From NCBI GenBank assembly GCA_018653365.1, contig JABIAG010000001.1:352001-416000 (forward strand): a stretch of 64,000 nucleotides of DNA, written 5' to 3'. Positions 19,135-28,535 of the stretch are shown here, one piece after another; the stretch's first letter is position 1, and every line of letters begins with the position of its first letter. Made by a program: the position numbers and the translations under genes. A model generated the notes under the pieces. The model had not been told where the DNA came from. It saw only the letters and a program-made list of their open reading frames with translations, and searched no databases. The DNA is from Candidatus Woesearchaeota archaeon (lineage in GTDB: Archaea; Nanobdellota; Nanobdellia; Woesearchaeales; JABIAG01).

Positions 19135-21740
19135 TTTTTAAACACCTTAAATATTTCGCCCCCAATTAAAACCGTAACTGAGGTTAGTAAAGCAAGCCCC
19201 CAATCTTTTAGGGTTAAAGGAACAGTACCAAAAATGTTTGATAAAATTGGTAAGTACACTACTCCTAATTGTAATAGTATGGAGATGGATACTGCTAATA
19301 ATAAAAACTTATTACCAAAAAATTTGAGTTTGAAAATACTAACTTTTTCAGACCTATTATTGAATACATTAAACATTTGAAACAACATCAAAGTACAGAA
19401 TGCCATTGTAGAGGCATAAGCATAGCCTTTAGGAAGATATTTTACAAATAAGAAAATAGTTCCTACCATCATAATAATTCCCACTAAGAACACAAATTTG
19501 GCTTCACTCTTTGTTACAATCTTTTCTTTACTATCCCTTGGAGGGCGTTCCATAATGTTTGGCTCTGCTTTCTCAACACCTAATGCTAACGCAGGAAGTC
19601 CATCTGTAATTAAATTAATCCATAAAATCTGAATTGCGGTAATGGGAAGTGCAAGACCCATTAACATGGCTCCAAAAACTGTAAATACCTCTCCCACGTT
19701 TGAACTAAGTAAATAGGAAACGAATTTTTTGATATTACTAAAAATTGTTCTACCCTCTTTAACTGCATTAACAATTGAGGCAAAGTTATCATCAGTTAAA
19801 ATCATATCTGAGGCTTCTTTTGCAACATCTGTTCCTGTAATTCCCATAGAAATTCCAATATCTGCCTCTTTTAGAGCAGGGGCATCATTAACACCATCTC
19901 CAGTCATCGCAATAAAATAACCTTTATGTTGTAACGCATCAACTAATCTAGATTTGTGTTTTGGATCAACTCTTGCATAAATGTTAGTTTCATCAATGAC
20001 ATCTGTTAAATCAGCTAGTTTCTCTATCTCCTCACCAGTTAAAGAATTGCCCTCAATTCCAAGCTCATGAGCAATGGCAAGAGCAGTAGTTTTATGATCG
20101 CCTGTAATCATAACAACCTTAATTCCTGCATTTTTACATTCATGAATTGCATTCTTAACTTCCTCTCTTGGAGGGTCAATCATACCTTGTAGGCCAAGAA
20201 AGATCATATTATTCTCAACATTTTTTCCTTTAAGAATTTTATACGCAAAACCCAGTACTCGTAATGCTTCAGAAGCAAAATGTTCATTAACCTCAAGAAG
20301 ATGTTTCTTCATATCAGGAGTTAAATGTCTAACTGTATTGTTAATAAGAATTCTATCACACTGATTTAATAAAACATCTGGTGCACCTTTTGAAAAAGCA
20401 ACCTTGCTTGTAGCGTGTTTATGAATTGTAGTCATCATTTTTCTTTCAGAAGAAAAAGGAACTTCATCAACTCGTGGATAATGTTCAGTAAGATGAGTTC
20501 GAGAAAATCCTGCTTTCATTGCAGAAACAACCAAGCAACCCTCAGTAGGGTCGCCCATGATGTTAAACTCTTCACCTTTCTTAACAAGTTTAGAATCATT
20601 ACATAACATGCCTGCCATTAATAAATGGTGTAATTTTTTAGGATCATTAGAAAATTCACCCATTGGAGCATAGCCCGCACCCGAAACTTCGGTGACTTCA
20701 GTATTAGCATAAATCTTTCTAACGGTCATCTCATTATGAGTTAACGTGCCAGTTTTATCACTGCAAATAACATTACATGCACCCAGTGTTTCAACAGAAG
20801 AGAGTTTTCTAACTAGAGCATTCCTCTTAACCATCTTCTTAACACCAATTGCTAAGGATATGGTAACAACTGCAGGAAGTCCTTCAGGAATTGCAGCAAC
20901 AGCTAAAGCAACAGCGAAAATAAACATGTTAATAATATTTTCAGTAGCAAACCCTGAACGAATAACTCCTGTAGCAAAAATTACTGTTGCAATTATTAAA
21001 ACAATAATTCCCAACCACTTAGCTAAATCTTTTAATTGTTTTTGTAGTGGGGTGATACCTTCTTCTGCATCTTCAATTAGTTTGGCAATCTTACCAATCT
21101 CAGAATCTTTTCCAATATGAGTAACTACAACTTTACATCTTCCCTTAGTAACTATCGTAGAAGAATAAACTACATTCTTTCTATCTCCCAGGGCAAGTTC
21201 ACCATTTAAAATTTTATTACTTTTCTCAACAGGAACAGACTCACCAGTTAAGGTCGCTTCTTGAATTTCTAGGTTTGACGATTCAATAATTCTTCCATCA
21301 GCAGGCACTTTATCCCCGGTCTCTAATACAATGATGTCACCCGGAACCAAGAACTTAGTATTAATAGCCTTAATTTGGCCCTGTCTTATTACTTTAGCTT
21401 GTAATGCCGACATTTTTTTTAAAGCATCAATAGCTTTCTCTGCCTTGAATTCCTGAATAAAACCAAATAATGCATTAAGAATAAGAATAGTAAGAATAAC
21501 ATAACCTTCAGTAGTTTCTCCTAAAGCAAAAGAAATAACTGTAGCAGCAATTAAAATCCAAACTAGGGGTGAATTGAATTGAGCCAATAATATTTTCAGA
21601 GCGGAAATTTTCTTTTTTTGTTGTAACTCATTGAGTCCGTATAAAGTTCTACGTCTGTCAACTTCAGCATCAGAAAGCCCTTCTATATTAGTATTGAGTT
21701 CATGTAATGATTCTTCTGGACTTTTGTTGTAGTAAAACAT
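19131..21740 (-). CDS. Calcium-transporting P-type ATPase (type II)
   Basis: TGES, PEGL, DKTGTLT, KGAPD, TGD, GDGVNDAPAL, NLITDGLPA. Confidence 0.96.
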   Translation of the reverse strand: MFYYNKSPEESLHELNTNIEGLSDAEVDRRRTLYGLNELQQKKKISALKILLAQFNSPLVWILIAATVISFALGETTEGYVILTILILNALFGFIQEFKAEKAIDALKKMSALQAKVIRQGQIKAINTKFLVPGDIIVLETGDKVPADGRIIESSNLEIQEATLTGESVPVEKSNKILNGELALGDRKNVVYSSTIVTKGRCKVVVTHIGKDSEIGKIAKLIEDAEEGITPLQKQLKDLAKWLGIIVLIIATVIFATGVIRSGFATENIINMFIFAVALAVAAIPEGLPAVVTISLAIGVKKMVKRNALVRKLSSVETLGACNVICSDKTGTLTHNEMTVRKIYANTEVTEVSGAGYAPMGEFSNDPKKLHHLLMAGMLCNDSKLVKKGEEFNIMGDPTEGCLVVSAMKAGFSRTHLTEHYPRVDEVPFSSERKMMTTIHKHATSKVAFSKGAPDVLLNQCDRILINNTVRHLTPDMKKHLLEVNEHFASEALRVLGFAYKILKGKNVENNMIFLGLQGMIDPPREEVKNAIHECKNAGIKVVMITGDHKTTALAIAHELGIEGNSLTGEEIEKLADLTDVIDETNIYARVDPKHKSRLVDALQHKGYFIAMTGDGVNDAPALKEADIGISMGITGTDVAKEASDMILTDDNFASIVNAVKEGRTIFSNIKKFVSYLLSSNVGEVFTVFGAMLMGLALPITAIQILWINLITDGLPALALGVEKAEPNIMERPPRDSKEKIVTKSEAKFVFLVGIIMMVGTIFLFVKYLPKGYAYASTMAFCTLMLFQMFNVFNNRSEKVSIFKLKFFGNKFLLLAVSISILLQLGVVYLPILSNIFGTVPLTLKDWGLALLTSVTVLIGGEIFKVFKK

Positions 21741-21819
21741 ACACTAATTCTTGAATTATATGTATATAAATGTTTGGAAATGAGTGAATCTTTTTAAACA
21801 CTACAAACTTACTTTTTTT

Positions 21820-22377
21820 ATGGTAAATCCCTTATACTTAACCCCTCCTACTGTTGGAGAACTTTGTTGGGCTTCATTAATTAGAAACGAGTCTCCCTTA
21901 TTTGCTCTGGCAAAAATGAGGAGTCTTCTAGGTCCAGTAGGAGTGCCTAATCTGCTCCGAGAACAGTTTGCAATGGATGAATTATGCAATGTTGTAGAAC
22001 AAGAACCTAATGATGTACTAAGAGGTCTGACTTACATTGAACTTGATTTACTGACGACGGGTGATAATGCTTTCGAACAATTAGCGGCAGTACAGTCCTT
22101 TTTATCTCCAAACGCAACCCTGCGAAGAGGGGGTGGCGATTGTAAATCCTTTGTTATATTATATGTGGCGTTACAAAGAGCAAAAGGAAGAGCAGCAAGG
22201 TTTGGAACTTATGAAGGAAACCATATAATTACAGAATTAGATGTTGAGGGGGGTTGTAATTCAAGAATGTGGTTAAGACACGATCCCCGATGGTTTCCCC
22301 TTACTGGACCTTTAACTAATTCTGATGAAGGTTATAGTGAAGCATACGAAATAGCACTTGATATGTTAAACCAATAA
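21820..22377 (+). CDS. Transglutaminase-like (Cys-His-Asp) domain protein
   Basis: GDCKSF..LYVALQRAKG (Cys), NH (His), WLRHDP (Asp); leaderless ATG 21 nt after a TATA-like element. Confidence 0.65.
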   Translation: MVNPLYLTPPTVGELCWASLIRNESPLFALAKMRSLLGPVGVPNLLREQFAMDELCNVVEQEPNDVLRGLTYIELDLLTTGDNAFEQLAAVQSFLSPNATLRRGGGDCKSFVILYVALQRAKGRAARFGTYEGNHIITELDVEGGCNSRMWLRHDPRWFPLTGPLTNSDEGYSEAYEIALDMLNQ

Positions 22378-22429
22378 CCTAAAGTTCTTTACCACAAACT
22401 TTTTATACACTCAGGAATGTCTTTCGTTT

Positions 22430-23863
22430 ATGAGTAAAGATGAAAAAGGAATCACTGCAGAAAAAGATGAGTTTTCAGAATGGTTTACCCAAATCATGCT
22501 AAAAGCAGATCTAGCAGATTACACCAAAGTATCAGGTTGTATAGTATTCAAACCAACAGCCTGGGCAATATGGGAGAAAATAAGAGATCTAGTAGATATA
22601 CGTATGAAAAAAATGGGAGTACAAAATGTTAGTTTTCCCTTATTCATCCCAGAATCATTACTAGTAAAAGAAGAAGAACACGTAGAAGGATTTACTCCAG
22701 AAGTAGCCTGGGTAACACATACAGGAAAAACTAAATTAGCAGAACGGTTAGCTGTACGTCCTACTTCAGAAGCAATAATGTACGATTCATTCTCAAATTG
22801 GATAAGAAGTTGGAGAGACTTACCATTAAAATATAATCAATGGGCAAACGTAGTAAGATGGGAATTTAAACACCCTGTGCCTTTTCTAAGAACAAGAGAA
22901 TTTCACTTTAATGAAGGACATACCGTATACGCAACAGAAGCAGAAGCCGAAGCAGAAAAAGATCAGGTATTAGGTATGTATAAAGACATCTGTGATAATT
23001 ATTTGGCAATGCCCTCTTTAATCGGTAAAAAAACAGAAAAAGAAAAATTTGCAGGAGCAGTATATTCCTGCTCATTAGAACATTATATGCCAAATGGCAA
23101 GGCAATCCAGGGAGCAGCATTCCATTCTGATGGACAAAATTTTGCAAAAGCATATGAGATTAAGTTTGTAAATCAAAAAGAAAAAAGCGAATATGCCTGG
23201 CAAAATACCTGGGCAATTTCAACAAGAACATTAGGAATAGTGTTTGCATTACACTCAGATGATAAAGGATTAATTATGCCCCCAAAAGTAGCACCAAATA
23301 AGGTAGTAATAGTACCAATCATATTCGCAGATACAAAAGACAAAGTACTTGGTAAAGCAAGCAGTATAAAACAAAAACTCGAAAAGTACGGCACAATATT
23401 AGATGATCGAGAAGAATACAAGCCAGGATTTAAATTTAATGAATGGGAAATGAAAGGAATTCCAATCAGAATAGAACTAGGACCTAAAGACCTAGAAAAA
23501 AATTCAGTAATGATTGCAAGAAGAGATACTGGAGAGAAGAAGAGTGTTAAAATAGATCAGGTTGAGGAAGAGGTAGAAAAATTACTCGAAGAAATTCAGA
23601 TTAACCTATTCAATAAGGCTAAAAAATTGTTAGATGAAGCACAAGTTAACGTAACTGATCTGGCTGAACTAAAAAAAGCAATTAAAGATAAAAAAATAGC
23701 AATAGCCCCTCTTTGTAAAGAGACAAGATGTGAAGAAGATCTTAAATTCAAGACTGGGGGAGCAAAAGTACTAAACATCCCTGATGAACAACCTGCTAAG
23801 ACCAAATGTGTGATGTGTGGAGAAGACTCAGACTATGTAGCTAGAGTTGGAAAAAGTTATTAG
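22430..23863 (+). CDS. proS: Proline--tRNA ligase (archaeal/eukaryotic type)
   Basis: LAVRPTSE, NVVRWE, PFLRTREF, WEMKGIPIRIELGPKD, C-terminal GKSY. Confidence 0.97.
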   Translation: MSKDEKGITAEKDEFSEWFTQIMLKADLADYTKVSGCIVFKPTAWAIWEKIRDLVDIRMKKMGVQNVSFPLFIPESLLVKEEEHVEGFTPEVAWVTHTGKTKLAERLAVRPTSEAIMYDSFSNWIRSWRDLPLKYNQWANVVRWEFKHPVPFLRTREFHFNEGHTVYATEAEAEAEKDQVLGMYKDICDNYLAMPSLIGKKTEKEKFAGAVYSCSLEHYMPNGKAIQGAAFHSDGQNFAKAYEIKFVNQKEKSEYAWQNTWAISTRTLGIVFALHSDDKGLIMPPKVAPNKVVIVPIIFADTKDKVLGKASSIKQKLEKYGTILDDREEYKPGFKFNEWEMKGIPIRIELGPKDLEKNSVMIARRDTGEKKSVKIDQVEEEVEKLLEEIQINLFNKAKKLLDEAQVNVTDLAELKKAIKDKKIAIAPLCKETRCEEDLKFKTGGAKVLNIPDEQPAKTKCVMCGEDSDYVARVGKSY

Positions 23864-23885
23864 TTTTTCTAAAATTAATTTAAAT

Positions 23886-23912
23886 AAAAAAAATGGGTGT
23901 TAAAGTACACCC
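23886..23912 (-). terminator. Hairpin plus T-tract terminator
   Basis: Minus strand GGGTGT-ACTTTA-ACACCC followed by a T run, just after the 23920 stop. Confidence 0.6.
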
Positions 23913-23919
23913 TAAAACT

Positions 23920-24072
23920 TTACTTAGCATTACCTAATATTTTGTACATACCACAATTACAAACAGAACATTTGCCTTTCATAGCATTTCTTCCATTTTT
24001 CATGGTTACTTTTGTTGCACTTGCCATTTCTCTTTTTTCTTTACATTTAACACAATATCCTTCTTCAGCCAT
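23920..24072 (-). CDS. Small zinc-ribbon protein, DUF5679-like (absent from ORF track)
   Basis: MAEEGYCVKCKEKREMASATKVTMKNGRNAMKGKCSVCNCGMYKILGNAK; GGTGA SD and TATA upstream, terminator downstream. Confidence 0.85.
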   Translation of the reverse strand: MAEEGYCVKCKEKREMASATKVTMKNGRNAMKGKCSVCNCGMYKILGNAK

Positions 24073-24311
24073 GTATATCACCTTTATAGTTTATAGAGAA
24101 TAGATAACTGGGTCATTTATAAATTTTTAGAAAAAACAAGGCCAAAAACGAAAAAATGAGTTGTTTCTTGTGAGTGGTGTGAAAGTTAATTTTTGATGTT
24201 TTGATCTAACAAATTTGTCTTTTTTTGTGGATTATTCTTACTTGGTAGTAGATGCAGTTTGATCACAACATTTAAATATAATATGGTTAGGTTAGGACTT
24301 GGGGTGAAAAG

Positions 24312-25253
24312 ATTTACATAAGTTTATTGTGGTTAATACTATCTTTAGTAGCTTTAGTACTAAGTAGTCATTGGATGGTAAAATCTTTAGTAATCATATC
24401 TCGCTTCTTAAGAATGAGTGAATTTTTAGCAGCCTATATAATCATGGCAATTTCAACTTCTCTGCCCGAGCTGTTTATAGGAATAAATGCGGCAATAAAC
24501 CTGAATTCTTCTCTCTCACTGGGAAATGTAATCGGTGCAAATTTAGTTAATTTATCTCTTGTAGCGGGAATTGGGTTAATTTTTGTGGGGAAGTTTACAG
24601 TAAAATCAAAAGAGATCAAACGTGATTCTCTACATATGTTCTTTATAGCATTAGTTCCCTTGTTTTTGATGATTGTTGGGGGAGGACTGTCAAGAATTGA
24701 TGGGGCAATATTAGTTTTTATCTTTGTAGTGTATAATTATTTGTTAATAAAAAAACAAGCAGCGCATACCAAATTACTTGAAAATCATGTAAAAAAATAT
24801 CAGATGATTATCGCACCAGTTATTTTTGTTGGATGTTTGTTATTATTATTTGGAAGTTCACACTTTGCAATATTATTCGCATTAGAGGTATCGGGTGGGT
24901 TAGGTGTGCCAGCAATCTTAATTGGATTAGTTTTATTGGCTTTAGGAACAACCCTTCCAGAACTATCCTTTACCTTGAGTTCTTTTATGAGCCATCATGG
25001 TGAATTAAGTTTAGGTAATCTGGTTGGATCCGTAATTACTAATTCAACGTTGGTTTTAGGAATTACTGCAATGATCTTTCCAATAGTTGCAGGATTTTTC
25101 ACGTTTTTAATCGCATCATTGTTTATGGTGTTCGCGTTGTTCTTATTTGTGACTTTTATTGGTAGTGGAAAGTTGGGATATAAAGAAGGCATGTCTTTAG
25201 TGGGATTGTACGTGTTATTTATAATAATTCAAATATATGTTAATGTTTTATAG
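24312..25253 (+). CDS. Sodium/calcium antiporter (CaCA family), second copy
   Basis: STSLPE...GNVIGAN and GTTLPE...GNLVGS repeats; start uncertain (ATT 24312 after GGGGTGA SD, or TTG 24327). Confidence 0.88.
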   Translation: MYISLLWLILSLVALVLSSHWMVKSLVIISRFLRMSEFLAAYIIMAISTSLPELFIGINAAINLNSSLSLGNVIGANLVNLSLVAGIGLIFVGKFTVKSKEIKRDSLHMFFIALVPLFLMIVGGGLSRIDGAILVFIFVVYNYLLIKKQAAHTKLLENHVKKYQMIIAPVIFVGCLLLLFGSSHFAILFALEVSGGLGVPAILIGLVLLALGTTLPELSFTLSSFMSHHGELSLGNLVGSVITNSTLVLGITAMIFPIVAGFFTFLIASLFMVFALFLFVTFIGSGKLGYKEGMSLVGLYVLFIIIQIYVNVL

Positions 25254-25360
25254 TCATATGTTGTGACTATAATGGGTGCAAGATGAAACTATGTTGGTTT
25301 CAGGGTGTTGCTTAAATAGTTATTGGTTGGCACCTAAATAGCTACAGGTTATGACTATAA
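25248..25360. promoter_or_regulatory. Palindromic operator(s) upstream of the glycogen operon
   Basis: Perfect TTATAGTCA-N7-TGACTATAA at 25248-25272; second TGACTATAA half-site at 25352-25360 just upstream of the TATA box. Confidence 0.55.
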
Positions 25361-25401
25361 ATCAAAAGGTTTAAAAGAGAAATCAGGTTAATTGAACTAG
25401 A

Positions 25402-25635
25402 ATGAAAAGAACTTACGACAAAATACGGAAATCAATCCTTGCAGCAATTGATGGACCGCAAAAAATAATAAATGAAATTGCTAGAGTATCTAAGGTTAAT
25501 TGGAAAACAGTACAAAGACATCTAACCTATTTTAAAGGAATGGGATTCATAGAAGAAACATTCTCTTCACCGTATGTAAGAATATTTGAAATAACCGAAA
25601 AAGGAAAACAGGAGTTAAAAGAATGGAAATCCTAA
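25402..25635 (+). CDS. Winged helix-turn-helix transcriptional regulator
   Basis: INEIARVSKVNWKTVQRHL...FEITEKG. Confidence 0.85.
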   Translation: MKRTYDKIRKSILAAIDGPQKIINEIARVSKVNWKTVQRHLTYFKGMGFIEETFSSPYVRIFEITEKGKQELKEWKS

Positions 25636-26825
25636 TGTTTGGATGGGAATTTCCTCCAATGAAATCAGGGGGGTTAGGAACTGCTTGTTATGATCTATGT
25701 AAGGGTCTGTTTAAACAAGGAACCAAGGTAACTTTTGTAGTTCCAAGACTGCCCAAAACAATAAAAAGTAACTTTGTAAAATTATTAGGCGCAAATCAAT
25801 ATGCTAAATTAACTGAAGTGGATTCAATACTAACACCGTACATGACATCTAACCAATATTTGGATGTGTACGATAATCTTGATGTTGCAACAAAACAAAA
25901 CTATGGGAAAAATCTTTTAGCTGAGGTAAAAAGATATACTCAAGCTGCAATAAAGATAACTGAAAATGAAAATTTTGACATAATACATGTACATGACTGG
26001 ATGACCTATGAAGCAGGACAGATCGCAAAAGAAAAATCAGGAAAGTCACTAGTTGCACATATTCATGCAACAGAGTTTGATCGAACAGGGGGCAATCCTA
26101 ACATGGAAATTTCCCACAAAGAATATTTGGGATTGAATGCAGCAGATATGATAATTGCAAACTCGGAATACACTAAAGATAATGTAATCAAAAACTATAA
26201 GGTCGATGCAGATAAGTTACGAGTTGTACACTGGGGAATAGCTGAAGACAGCCCAAGCTATCATTTGAATGCAGAATCTCCATTTAAAGACAGTAAAGTT
26301 GTTTTATTTTTAGGTAGAGTGACGATACAAAAAGGACCTGACTATTTTGTTGATATGGCAGAAAAAGTAAAAAAATACGTACCAAATGTTAAGTTTGTTT
26401 TTGCAGGAGATGGAGACATGTTTCCAAAAATTGTAGATCAGGTAATGGAACGAGATCTAGCTGAGAATTTCGTATTCACTGGATTCTTAAGGGGAGAAGA
26501 CGTACATAAAGCATTTCAAATGGCAGATTTATACGCAATGCCCTCTGTATCTGAACCGTTTGGGTTAGTAGCACTAGAATCAATAAAAAACGGAACTCCT
26601 GTTTTGCTCTCAAAACAATCAGGAGTTGCAGAAGTATTAACCAATGCCTTTAAAGTTAATTTTTGGGATGTAGATGAAATGGCAAATAAAATAGTTTCAT
26701 TTCTTAACCATCCTGCATTAAGTCATGATCTAAAAGCAAACACAATTGAAGAAGCAAAAGGATTTAATTTAGATGACCCTGCCAAAAAATGTTTGGACTG
26801 TTATGACGAGGTAAAAAAATGGTAG
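25623..26825 (+). CDS. Glycosyltransferase family 4 (glycogen-related)
   Basis: FGWEFPP..SGGLG, HVHDWMT, HIHATEFDR, GRVTIQKG, SVSEPFGLVALE. Confidence 0.93.
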   Translation: MEILMFGWEFPPMKSGGLGTACYDLCKGLFKQGTKVTFVVPRLPKTIKSNFVKLLGANQYAKLTEVDSILTPYMTSNQYLDVYDNLDVATKQNYGKNLLAEVKRYTQAAIKITENENFDIIHVHDWMTYEAGQIAKEKSGKSLVAHIHATEFDRTGGNPNMEISHKEYLGLNAADMIIANSEYTKDNVIKNYKVDADKLRVVHWGIAEDSPSYHLNAESPFKDSKVVLFLGRVTIQKGPDYFVDMAEKVKKYVPNVKFVFAGDGDMFPKIVDQVMERDLAENFVFTGFLRGEDVHKAFQMADLYAMPSVSEPFGLVALESIKNGTPVLLSKQSGVAEVLTNAFKVNFWDVDEMANKIVSFLNHPALSHDLKANTIEEAKGFNLDDPAKKCLDCYDEVKKW

Positions 26826-28036
26826 ATATATGTTTTTATTTTCAGGTACACCAACCCTTTAGAATGAAAAAATACTCTATTTTTCAAATAGGTAATGATG
26901 AAAAATATTTTGATTCAACAAAAAATCAAGAAATAATGCAAAAAGTAACAAAAAAATGTTATTTACCAACAAATAAATTGATGTTAGAACTTTTAAGAAA
27001 ACATCCCGAATTCAAAATTGCATACTCCATTTCTGGAACTGCAATAGATCAATTTGAAAAATATAGTCCTGAAGTATTAGATACATTCAAAGAGCTAGCA
27101 AAAACAAAACAAGTTGAATTCTTGGATGAAACATACCACCATAGCTTGTCATTTTTATACTCTAAAAAAGAATTTTACGACCAAGTAGAAATGCACACCC
27201 AGAAAATGCAAAAACTATTTGGAGTAAAACCCAAAGTTTTCAGAAACACCGAGTTAATATATAATAATGAACTTGCAGAATACGTAGAAAAAATGGGTTA
27301 TAAAGGAATACTTGCCGAAGGTGCAGATCATGTTTTAGGCTGGAAAAGTCCGAATTTCTTATATCAACCAAGAAATACAAAAAAAATAAAATTATTATTA
27401 AAAAATTATAAATTAAGTGACGATATCGCATTTAGATTCTCAGATAAATCCTGGCCCGAACATCCACTTACAACAAAAAAGTTCGGGGGTTGGTTAAACA
27501 AAGTAAATGGAAATGGAATCTGTGTTAACTTATTTATGGATTATGAAACGTTTGGAGAGCATCAGTGGAGCGACACAGGAATATTCAAATTTATGAAAGG
27601 TTTACCTGCAGAACTATTAAAGCATCCTGATAACCAGTTTAAAACTCCGCTGGAGGTAGTAAACAGTCATGAAGCAGTAGACGAATTACATGTACCTCAC
27701 ACTGTAAGCTGGGCAGATACTGAACGAGATGTTTCAGCATGGTTAGGAAACAAAATGCAACAAGCAGCAATATCTCGACTATATGCAATAGAAGAAGAGG
27801 TAAAACAATCAGAAGATAAAAAATTACTAGAAACCTGGAGAAGATTAACAACATCAGACCATTTTTACTATATGTGCACTAAATGGTTCTCAGATGGAGA
27901 TGTACACAAATACTTTAATCCCTATGAAACCCCCTACGATTCATTCATAAACTTCATGAATATACTAAACGACATGCTTATCAGACTTAAGACTTCAAAT
28001 TCACAAACAGGGATAGAAAAAGCTAAAGTATATTAA
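26819..28036 (+). CDS. Glycoside hydrolase family 57 (alpha-amylase-like)
   Basis: FQVHQP, ETYHHSL, FRNTEL, SDDIAFRFS, FMDYETFGEHQW, TSDHFYYM. Confidence 0.95.
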   Translation: MVDICFYFQVHQPFRMKKYSIFQIGNDEKYFDSTKNQEIMQKVTKKCYLPTNKLMLELLRKHPEFKIAYSISGTAIDQFEKYSPEVLDTFKELAKTKQVEFLDETYHHSLSFLYSKKEFYDQVEMHTQKMQKLFGVKPKVFRNTELIYNNELAEYVEKMGYKGILAEGADHVLGWKSPNFLYQPRNTKKIKLLLKNYKLSDDIAFRFSDKSWPEHPLTTKKFGGWLNKVNGNGICVNLFMDYETFGEHQWSDTGIFKFMKGLPAELLKHPDNQFKTPLEVVNSHEAVDELHVPHTVSWADTERDVSAWLGNKMQQAAISRLYAIEEEVKQSEDKKLLETWRRLTTSDHFYYMCTKWFSDGDVHKYFNPYETPYDSFINFMNILNDMLIRLKTSNSQTGIEKAKVY

Positions 28037-28070
28037 TGAGAAAAATAAAAAGAATAAAAAAGAGGTGAAA

Positions 28071-28523
28071 ATGGCAAAGAAAACAGCAAAAAAAACTGCC
28101 AAAAAGAGTTCTAAGAAGAAAGTAGTCCGAAAACCAAAGAAAGCAGCAAAAATTGTAAAAAAGGTAAAAGTAAAACTTGTTAAGAAAAAAGTGGCAGCTA
28201 AAAAAGCTAAAACTCGAGTTGCAGTAACCGTAACAAGAAAAAGATTAGGAACTGCACCCGAAGAATACCATTTTGTATTAAATGACGGGAATCGACTGAA
28301 AAACATACAGGAATTAACTGATGCTCTAGAAACAATGAGTGAAGATGTATTCAAATATCACGCAAATGAATTCAAAAACGATTTTGCAAATTGGATCAGT
28401 GATGTGTTTGAGGAAAGCGATTTAGCAGAAGAAATAAAAAAAGCAAAGAGCAGAATAGAAACAAGAATAAAACTCTTGCAACGATTAGTAGATGAAGTAG
28501 TAAAACAAGGAAGAAAAAAATAA
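28071..28523 (+). CDS. DUF5752-like protein with Lys/Ala-rich (histone H1-like) N-terminal tail
   Basis: AKKTAKK.. tail; APEEYHFVLNDG, FKYHANEFKNDFANWISDVF; ATG after GAGGTGA. Confidence 0.75.
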   Translation: MAKKTAKKTAKKSSKKKVVRKPKKAAKIVKKVKVKLVKKKVAAKKAKTRVAVTVTRKRLGTAPEEYHFVLNDGNRLKNIQELTDALETMSEDVFKYHANEFKNDFANWISDVFEESDLAEEIKKAKSRIETRIKLLQRLVDEVVKQGRKK

Positions 28524-28535
28524 AAAAAGAGGGTT

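Noticed and set aside
23897-24103. 68-aa plus-strand ORF
   Set aside because: Antisense shadow of the real minus-strand zinc-ribbon gene
24104-24300. Possible bacterial-type oriC (TGTGGATTA at 24226-24234) in the longest intergenic gap
   Set aside because: Only one mismatched DnaA-box-like 9-mer; no box cluster seen here or beside the dnaA-like gene by eye
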